Below, one piece after another: positions 54,725-64,000 of a DNA stretch of 64,000 nucleotides; position 1 is the first letter of the stretch; each line of letters opens with the position of its first letter. This DNA is from Tubiluchus corallicola (Eukaryota > Animalia > Priapulida): assembly GCA_030141605.1 (NCBI GenBank), contig JAQGDQ010000081.1, forward strand, positions 496,001 to 560,000, given 5' to 3'. Below the pieces are notes generated by a model, which was not told where the DNA came from, did not search any database, and saw nothing but the letters and a program-made list of their open reading frames with translations. A program made the translations under genes and the position numbers.

Positions 54725-54955
54725 AAGTGTGAACGGGTTGGTAAGTTCTCTCGCAAATTATTGCAAACCCAGCGACAATTGTTGATAGTTCTTGCGCAAG
54801 CTGACATTCTCAGGGAGAAATTGCGCAAATTGACTCTCGCAACATCTCGCTTTCCAATAATTTCCAAGAGAAGTTACCAAGCCGTTCAGACTTGTGAGTT
54901 TACTCTCAGAGAGAACTTGCGCAATAGCTTATGAGAGAAACTGTTTAGTCTGGAC
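54725..54955. mobile_element. Degenerate MITE-like inverted repeat with repeated TTGCGCAA
   Basis: aagtgtgaacgggttggtaagttctct ... agagaagttaccaagccgttcagactt; TTGCGCAA occurs three times. Confidence 0.5.
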
Positions 54956-55090
54956 GTGCCTGTTTCACGATGTCATGAGATATATCTAAATAACATAAAC
55001 AGACAAAATCATAAGAAGAGGAAAAATTTACTACATGTAGTTTGGAAAGAACTATCTAGTCAGCTGAATTTCTTAATTTAACTTACAATG

Positions 55091-56005
55091 TTAGTATTTA
55101 TCACAACTCAAAATTTCCTTAAAAGCAATTTTGAATTTTCTATTTGTCAATGCGTAAATGAAAGGGTTAATTGCGCTGTTGCTAAATCCAAAAGAAAACA
55201 AAAGGTATTTAAAAAGTGGCATAGATTCGAATGATATATTAAACATAGTGTTATGTATATATAAGAATATGTAATATGTACGAGACGGGCCCCAACATAT
55301 CAGAAAAGCAAGAGTAACTATGGCTAAAGTTTTTGTTGCTTTCATCTGCATCACCCCTATCTGTTTTCCTTGACCTTCGTTGTGTATCTGTAACACTTGT
55401 TTCCTTGCAGTTTTCCAGATCAGGGCATATAGGACTAGTATGACTAGCATTGGCAAATGGAAAGCTCCTACCACTTCGGGTACCATTAAGAAGTGCATTT
55501 TGTTCACATTTATCAACGTGACAGCGGTAGCTGCTTCACCTATAGCAAAAACCCAGCAAACGCAGATTCCAAAAATAACGGTTTCCTTTCTCACGATGGC
55601 GTGATACTTAAATGGCTGCATGACGGCAACGTACCTCTCAGCAGCTATCAAGCATAAATGAAACGAACTGGTGTTTATCATTCCGTGTTGGAAACTGCCT
55701 CGTATCACGGTAAACAGTAGGTTTGAACTAACCTTTACATTCAGCAGTCGTATGATTTCGGCTGGTACAGATAACCCAACTAACAAATCAGCCACTGCTA
55801 GCGACGCAATAATCGCATTGGTCTTGGTCTGCAAATGTTCGAACTTGTAGACAGCTATTAGCACTAACAAGTTGCCTGGAATAATAACAATGCTGGAGAA
55901 GGAATACACGGACACTATCACGGCTAGCAGGGCACCGTCAGCTGTATAGTGATGTACGTTCGCAATAGTACCTTCTACGACTGTCGCATTCCAAACAGAA
56001 GCCAT
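55091..56005 (-). CDS. Intronless class A (rhodopsin-like) orphan GPCR, 304 aa
   Basis: ATG 56005 (MASVWNAT); PGNLLV, SLAVADLLVG, AERYVAV..PFKY, CWGP, NSAINPFIYA, FK.AFKEIL; intact paralog of 47344-48234. Confidence 0.92.
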   Translation of the reverse strand: MASVWNATVVEGTIANVHHYTADGALLAVIVSVYSFSSIVIIPGNLLVLIAVYKFEHLQTKTNAIIASLAVADLLVGLSVPAEIIRLLNVKVSSNLLFTVIRGSFQHGMINTSSFHLCLIAAERYVAVMQPFKYHAIVRKETVIFGICVCWVFAIGEAATAVTLINVNKMHFLMVPEVVGAFHLPMLVILVLYALIWKTARKQVLQIHNEGQGKQIGVMQMKATKTLAIVTLAFLICWGPSRTYYIFLYIHNTMFNISFESMPLFKYLLFSFGFSNSAINPFIYALTNRKFKIAFKEILSCDKY

Positions 56006-59000
56006 GGTACTTATTGACCAATAGTGAAAAAATGAGAATGACAACTGCACCTACTAAGGTGAACAGATAATTCTGCCAACCCACGAAACGTAGCCAATGG
56101 TCAAGAGAAATCTCCGTTTTGCTTCGCTTTTTAGCGTTCTAGGCAGTTATGTTTAAATTTGCTTGGTGCATTAAATGCAATTACTGCGTATTATTTTTCC
56201 ACCTGCGCAATGTTATCTCACGCGACAACTGACGTGCCGCCATTTTTATTTGCAGTTTCCATTTGAGTTTTGTTTGAAGAAGCCTGATGAAATAACGGAT
56301 AGGGCACACTTAGTGTCAGCTGTGGTTTTAGCTTAATGAATGACAAACACTGTCCGTGGATATTGTTATCTGATTGCTTTGACAGACGTCATTTGATGTT
56401 TATTATCAGCTGGGCAACATAAACAAAATACATTATAATAATTTCCTGTTTCATTTTTGTAAGCTTTGAGGTTGAATAACCCATGAAAGCTAATATGATG
56501 TCAGGAGAACTAGCTAGCTAGTTATCTAGACAACCTAGTTATTTGATTAACGGTTAGTTATTCAGCTCACTCAGGCAGTCTGTCTGATGTGCTATCAGTG
56601 TGCCTGTCTGTGTGACTGACTGACTGACCAACTGACTTATTGACTATCTGTCTGTCTGTCTTTCAGTTATTTGGTTTGCTAGACAGTAAAACCTAATTAA
56701 TACTAGACAGTAATTTCAGGATTACTAATTGATAGTGTAATTAAATTTTAAAACCAAGCATGGCCGAAACAAAGAACGTACGAAAAAGTCCTTGAATTTG
56801 AATTAGGGCCGCTGGCTTGCAGGTGACGCATAAGTCAAACTAACCGTGTATCTAAATTATGCATGCTTCGACTTTTCAGACGACTTGTGTATGTTCGAAT
56901 TATCTATGTCAATGAAGAAAGTTCAGAATATTAGTAAAGGAAGATTAATTGAGAAGTAAGGACATTGAAACTTAGTCAAAATGACAATAAGTAATTATTA
57001 AAAGAATTCTGAAAAAAAAATTTAGAACGAAATTAATTAACGTGGTTAAATTGACGTGACATCACTGTGATGGGCAAAATTTCTCCCTTGCAGCTCGATC
57101 TGTAATAAAAATAATAATTGTACGAGAAAATGAACAGACCGATGGTTGAACAAATGAATGAACGAAACAAATGTATTTTGAGGTTACTGCTCGGTGCGAT
57201 TGCCCATAATGAAATGGCTAAAATTTCATGCAAATATAAATAAATACATGCAGTATTTATCTATGTATCTATATTTAGCTCATCTGAATGATTTTTTCGA
57301 CAATTTTCGTAATATTACAGAACAAGAAGATTTTACTGCACTTTCTATAGCGGACGGTAGCAATGTTTAGCAATGCACCTACAACAAAAAAATTTATAGT
57401 TAAAGTTTGCAAAAAAATATTCTGTGATGATAAACATTAGATCGCAATCAAGTTCTTTCGAAAACACTTCTATTTTTTCTGGTGGCGCATAATTATTTGC
57501 AAAAAAGTTATAGTCAGTCGTTGGCAACTTGGAGTTGCTCGGGGAAGGAACAAAATATGACATACAAATAAAACGATGCCTTTTGGGACTGTCATTTTAC
57601 TCAGAACATGTACCAACAACACTGTGAAAATAGTCGGAATGAAACTGTTTGCAGTGTATTAGTAGGAATGGAAGAATTTTGATAAAAGTGCGTACCGTTT
57701 ACAATGATTATCAAAAGTGAATTAAAATTACATTGAAATTACAAAACTGGAACCAGTGAGCTGAAACAAAAAGGAATATAAAAGGAGAAATAACATTTTA
57801 AGTCTGCTTTGCAGCGTCAAGATAGCATAGCTACACAGAGCCACCTTATAGTATATACTATATATTCCAAAATATCAGCAGTATAATTTGCAGTAATGTC
57901 TTTGCAGTAATGCACTAATTGGTTACAAGCATATCAACAGCGTTCTGATATATTTTCCATTCAAATATTTTTATATATATGTGGCATGATTGCAACTTGA
58001 TTAAATTTTAAAACTGAATTATAATTCGTCACTTTCTAAGCAATCGCCAAATTTTGCCAATAAAACAGATTCGAACAATTTTAAGATAGTAGAAGACAGA
58101 GTGTACGGTAATTATAGATAAACTGCACGATAATACTGAAATCTGTTAGGTCGCACGTTATATATCTGTTATATATATATATATATACGACCGAAAACCC
58201 ATGAACCAACTATTTCATGTAAGACACTAGTAAAAACTTTGATGCTACCCTCTACCTAACGGCTTTGTTATGTAAACCTTATGTTTTCAGTGGTTCAGTT
58301 GTTCACTTTCAACTTGCAACATTATCCTTAATTACGTTGTTTCTAATGCATGTGTTTAGACTAAGAAAATAATGAAATTCGCATTTAAGTTTGATAGCAT
58401 AGATTTATTTTCTCAAACGCTTTTCTAGTAGCAAAAAAGTATCACCTAGGAAATTGTTATACACATGAAAAGTAATGTTTCAAGTACCCTGTATGATATA
58501 AGTTAGAGTATCCAAAAAAAACATTATATGCCTCAAACAAACTCGTTGACCTTTTATCGAGCTAGAGGCGTTTGTAAAAGAAGCCAACATCGTGGAGTAA
58601 CTAGGTTTCTCCTCTGTTCAAGGAGATATAAATTTCCTTCAAGATCGCGGGCCACAAGGACGTTTTTCGTACACAGCAAGCTACAAGAAACTTGGCAACA
58701 CGTGATGCGCGTCTCGTTTACAAATGTTTCTACGAGTTAATTTGCAGGAATGTTTTTTGTCTGAATGACCCTGCATTTTAGTAATTTTCCACAGCCACAT
58801 TAACCCTTTAATACACATTTTAGGGACATCGGTATCCACCTCTGGCTCTGGTACGGTAGGCACGAGGCCACAGCAACAGTAGTTTCTACTCAAAAATTTT
58901 CATTTCATACAATCCTGCCAGAAAGCGCATTTTATAACGTGAAGGGAAGTTTCGATTGTTTATCCCACTATTTCTGTTTGAAAAGTGAAATAGAGGCCTA

Positions 59001-61346
59001 ATTTTTCGTATGAACAAAATTTATTAAAACACCAGTTAGTAAAATAATAGCTGCTTCTGATGGATTAAAGTCTGTTTATGATAGTGGTTATAGCTGCTTG
59101 CTGGTTATTGTTGTTTATTGCGTTGGTGCCTGTGGCTCGTGAAGATTGTGTGTGGAACAGCCACGATGGGCATGGCAAACTATCAAGACTTTGTCTAGCA
59201 AACTACACGTTTATTAAATATCAAGCACAAACATGGTATACATAAGAAGATAGTAATGCCAGCCGTCCGTCTTCAAGTCAGCTCCTAATCTGCCCGAAGT
59301 GCGGGCCTCAAATTCCTTTTGTCTAACTATCTAATGCGCCCTGAGCTTCTGCGCATAAAAATTACATGATCAATCTTTACTTCTTACTCAGCCGGTCGAA
59401 CATCAGCTGATCATCATGTGGTATGCCACACCTAACTGGGCTTCTAGCCAAGACGATAATTTAGTCTTGCATTGTCAAGGACTTAATCTTTTTTAATTTA
59501 GTAATTTAAATAATGATTTGATCTTAAATCACTATTTTAAACAGCTTTCCTTTTCTTTACTCAGTTATATACAGCTAATTGTTCACTAATTTTGTGTAAA
59601 TGTGGTTTTAATTTTATGTTTACAAAAGACAGTTTAGCTACAAAATACATCAGTAACAATAGGGGCATAGATAACGCAACAAGACAGCAATCGCATGATG
59701 ACGAAAATCGATACAATTAACTTAGGTAGTATTGTTATAATGCGGCAAGCGCCTCATTTATATACTAAAATGAATTTAAAGTCGTAATTACTTCACGTTT
59801 GGGCAGGCTCAATTTCAATAAAAAATGACGTTATTTGATTACGTGCATTATAAACACTTATCCCTCCACATTACTGTCATCAACTACAAGCAATACAAGA
59901 CCAACACGTTAAGCGAGATTAAAGGAAACCGTCGCCCACGACGCTCAAAATACTGAACTCAGCACGCAGTTTTTGCAAAATTCCATGTTTATGTGCAATT
60001 ATAGTATGAGTATACTTACGCATTTTGAGGAGTGGATTAGAGCTAAGTAAGCACCTTAAAGCTATTGATAATTGATCCGATAACTAATTATTACATAAGC
60101 AGTCAAACACAGATTTAATCAGTTAAGAAAAGCGAAATTTTTTAAAGAACTGTAGAAACGTAGCTTCGCGCTTTCCACCAGCACGCCATTTTTTCGAGCA
60201 TGCCCGCATCAAGATTCGTTTCGCAGAGATCAGAATGATTTAATTTGTTTTGCAGTTTTAAGTAAGGCATCTACTGGTATGCACATATATTAGGTGCTAA
60301 TTCGATATTTCTAAGGGTCCATTAAAATACAGTGAACGTTGTTCCACGATTGGTTATTATTTTAGAGCAGTATGAAATGAAACCATTTCATGATTTTATT
60401 GTGTTTACATTCTTCATCTTCAATAAAGACAATAAAAACAGGAACGTCTTACTAAAAACGAAAATTTATTTTATATTAATCTTCACAGAAAATTATCCTT
60501 TGAAATGTATAAAGCAAGTACAGACAAAGAACAATGAAAACTATAAGATATTATTATCAACACTAATAATATTTTGTATTTGCCAATTTCTTAAATATTT
60601 GTAGTTTTGAAATAGTTTATAATTTTTTAAAAAAATTATATTTATTAATTTTTCATAAAATTAATATCACAAACTTAACTACTTACAAGCTAGAAATATA
60701 AAACACAGTCAGTATGCAATATAACGTTAGTTAACACTGAAGCGCTATGTTAAATAAGAATCACAAATATGTAAACGCGCCCGTTCTGCCATCACCGGCA
60801 CGCTTCTGGATCAAATTTTACACTTCTCTAACTTATACACATATCTTGTAATAATACCATTGACTGACCATCGACTTGCGAGCCAGCAAACGAAGCAAGT
60901 CAGCAGAGGACAATGCTAAGAATAGACCTTCTAAATATAGCTCAGGAAAAACATATATAAGCAGTATCAGAACACTGCAGGAGTTAGTCATTAGACTCGT
61001 AGGAACGTATTTACGCGTTAGTCGACAGTCTGAGTTACGACTTGTTACTTACTGTTGAGAATTGAGTAAAGACTTGTGCTTTAATGACGTGTATTTGCTC
61101 TCGCGATAAGTGTTCATTTCTTCACGTTTATGCTGTGGATATTTATGTACTTCAATAAACTATACGATCACGCTTTTATCTACGACTTCAACATTTATAT
61201 ACGTGTTCAACACTACAAAAGACTTAAGGTAAAGATGCTACAAACTTATCATCAATACCGCGAAACAGAACTTCATTATATTATTATTCAACTTCCTATT
61301 TTGAATTCGCAAAATTTGGGTTTACAGTAGTTTCAGGTCCTGACAT

Positions 61347-63864
61347 TTATTGACTTTGATATATCTGACAATAATTAAAATCCAGCCTGTAGCAAGGTCT
61401 ATTCTGTTCCGATTCAAAGGTCAGCGGTAAAAATCGAATGTACTTTGCCTTTAATCCAGGATACAGACTGTACTCTTTTATTGTATCTCGATCAGAGACT
61501 CCTATGAATACCTGAAAAAGACAGCGTTACGTCTCAGTTTAAATTTAGTGCTATTTTCAATATGAACAGCACTTCGTTTTATTGATATAGCACTAAATTT
61601 TAATTGTCCACTTTTATTAATTACTATTAATCCTCAGGAAATTAAAAATAGACATCGGCATTCTAGATTAAAAATTAACTTAGTTTGTGGATATTTGAAT
61701 TTTGAAGTTACGTTACTACTTCGAAATAAGATTTCTACGTCATATAGATTTCAGAACAAATGTATACGTGCATATGAGTAACTTGTAAACTGGCCAGTAT
61801 CAGCCAGTATATAATAGACACAGAGGGCAAATTATGGCCATGTTTTAATCGTGTATAGTCAGTTAAGGTTTAACGTGTTGGTCTAAGGCTAGGCACTCCA
61901 GCGCTCCAAAAACAGTTTCCTAAATGTTTGAAGCTCGTGTAAGTTTTGCTGTTGTTCTTTACTGAACGAGTACCAAGGTCAAATAATCCCTGTTACAAGT
62001 TAGTTTGACAAATTTCGTAGTGGTACTCAATTAAGTCGAGAATATATCAGTACAGTTGGCGATTCGTTAGCCCAGCGCAAAGGTAGATGTTACTGCAACT
62101 TCCGTGTTACTGGAAAGCAACAAATTAATGCTGTCTTTAGGCTTTATGTAAAATCTAAACGCCTGACATTCTATCGGTAAAAATTGTCAAAATGCACATG
62201 TTTGGGTAGTCCTGTCAGTCAGGTCTGTTAGCCGAAAAAGGGGGACTGACCTGGTACAACTACCATCCTTTCATGGATTGTTTATTAGGCCATTTTAACA
62301 GCGTTTTAACAACGCTAAAAGGTCAAGAAATGGAGCTTCGCTTAGAAGGCTTGTATCTCCAAAACGGTCACAGATGGCAACTGTTAAAGACGAATGGGAA
62401 CTTATATGTGGGCTTTTATTTGATAGCACGATTAGTGACCTTGGAACACATGAAATGGTGAAGTTACCTCTCTGACCATTTCGCAAAGTCAATATTATTA
62501 TCCGGTATATTAGCCGAAAAAAAGAACTGACTGGATACAACTGCCAAGCTTTCACGAATGTTTCTTTGGACAATTTTAACAGCGTTTTGGGGATTTTTAT
62601 AAAATTTCGCATTTTGCCCGCTGTCCCTTGACACTGAAAGCTCACGAAATGTTACTTAGGAATATGCACTTTGGAGGCTTATAACACTCCAAAACGTTCA
62701 CACATAGACACTTGGCTACCATTAGGGACGAATGGGAACTTATATGTGGACTTTCATTTGGTATTAGTGGGATTAGTGACGCAGGAACGAACGAAGTGGC
62801 CAAATTACGTCATCAGTAACCTCTAGCCATTTCACGAAATCAAACATTTGTAGATAACTTCCAAGTGAAGCCATTAAATGTGATGAAATGTATTATGCAC
62901 CAATAGGAAATCGGCTATTTGCTACAAGAATTTGGGGTTTAAGTTGTACGTCAGGCGCAATGATGACGTCATCTGTACTTCTGTCCCAAACATCAAGACG
63001 GTTTTACTTGCGAAATTAATGGCCAGGTAAGCGTTAATAATAATAAAATACATCAAATTATGATAAAAATTGATGAGAAATTGATACCAGCTTTTTTGCC
63101 CAATAGCTCGTATACCGGTAATGACGTCATTGAAGTCTTTACGGTTAGTTATGGCAAAAATACTAAAATGTTATAAAAGAATGTGCAAAATCACAGACAC
63201 GAAAATGTGCCTTCTGACATGAAAAATGTTTGAACATTTTCAAACATTAAGTGACATCATATTATGATGTCATCTGTATATGCATTACAGATAATAATGA
63301 CGTCATCAGCTTCTTCTGTACTTTATATTAGGGAACATGCATACGACTTATTTAATTTTTCCGATCCAAGCAGTGACACTTGCTCAGTTCAGTGCGGTCC
63401 CACTGTGCCTTTTCGTATGCACATCTTTTCTGGTAACCAGCTTTACTACAACATTTAATTAGAGCTTTGCATGCCGATTACGCCAAAAGCAGTGTCATCC
63501 AAAATGACCCAAAAAAATCATTTGTGAAAGTTTGACAGCTGTGTCCGGTCAGTCCCCATTTCGTCAAAATTTGGCTTTAACAGACCGTACTATATAGGTG
63601 TTCAATGAAGTAGCTCAACAATTTATTTTTAATTCGGGTAAATCAGCCGATTTCGCGATTGAGTTTTTTAAGGTAGCAGCTGTATCTTGATAATGGATTT
63701 TAAAGAGCTGAACTACGTACTCTGGTCTCTCCATCTTCTCCGTAATCTTTCCAGTCAAGACCATCCTGGCTGTAGGATAATTTAAATGACGTCACCCAAT
63801 CCGGCCAGTTTTGCCGACCCTGGAGTGCCAGCCCCGATATAAGAACATCTTCTCCCAACGGAAA
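61347..63864 (-). CDS. F5/8 type C (discoidin) domain protein, last two exons (5' part lies beyond the window)
   Basis: Exon 63864-63721 (FPLGEDVLISGLALQGRQNWPDWVTSFKLSYSQDGLDWKDYGEDGETR) splices in phase 0 to 61511-61347 (VFIGVSDRDTIKEYSLYPGLKAKYIRFLPLTF...PCYRLDFNYCQIYQSQ*). Confidence 0.9.
62207..63592. mobile_element. Non-autonomous TIR DNA transposon, family A copy 2 (in discoidin intron)
   Basis: Same termini as 11658-12503 and shared interior blocks (ataagcctccaaagtgcata, gctattggg.aaaaaagctg); part of the left end is duplicated at ~62511-62590. Confidence 0.8.
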
Positions 63865-64000
63865 CTGTAAGAAACGATACTCAAGTAGAGTATTTGTGCT
63901 TTGAACACTATAATTTAAAATATGATACTGAGACACAAAACTAGCAAAGTGAAACGAGCGTTTTCAGCCACTTTAAGAAAGCGAGGTTCTTCGACTTTCT

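Noticed and set aside
61347-61511. Possible frameshifts in the discoidin terminal exon
   Set aside because: Careful re-reading gives an uninterrupted 55-codon frame; it is merely below the ORF-track length cut-off.

Overview
AT-rich, intron-containing animal (invertebrate-like) genomic DNA; the organism cannot be identified from the sequence alone. Genes reconstructed by hand from GT-AG boundaries and reading-frame phase: (1) an adenylate/UMP-CMP kinase-family gene on the minus strand (4 coding exons, 9661 to 3464; last exon not found) whose P-loop has Arg in place of the catalytic Lys; (2) a complete 10-exon SLC22/organic-cation-transporter-like gene on the minus strand (41937 to 25877, about 1134 aa) with a ~610-aa C-terminal tail carrying 13-residue RxGS-type repeats and a Cys/His cluster; (3) a complete 3-exon secreted Reeler-domain gene nested on the same strand inside SLC22 intron 4; (4) four intronless class A GPCR paralogs (two intact, two pseudogenes) lacking Cys3.25 and Asp3.32; (5) the last two exons of an F5/8 type C (discoidin) domain gene that runs off the window end. 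Non-coding DNA holds LINE remnants, several non-autonomous DNA transposons, a head-to-head pair of tRNA-derived sequences, a long hairpin, a degenerate minimal hammerhead-like motif and many microsatellites. No database searches were run, so novelty claims are inferences.
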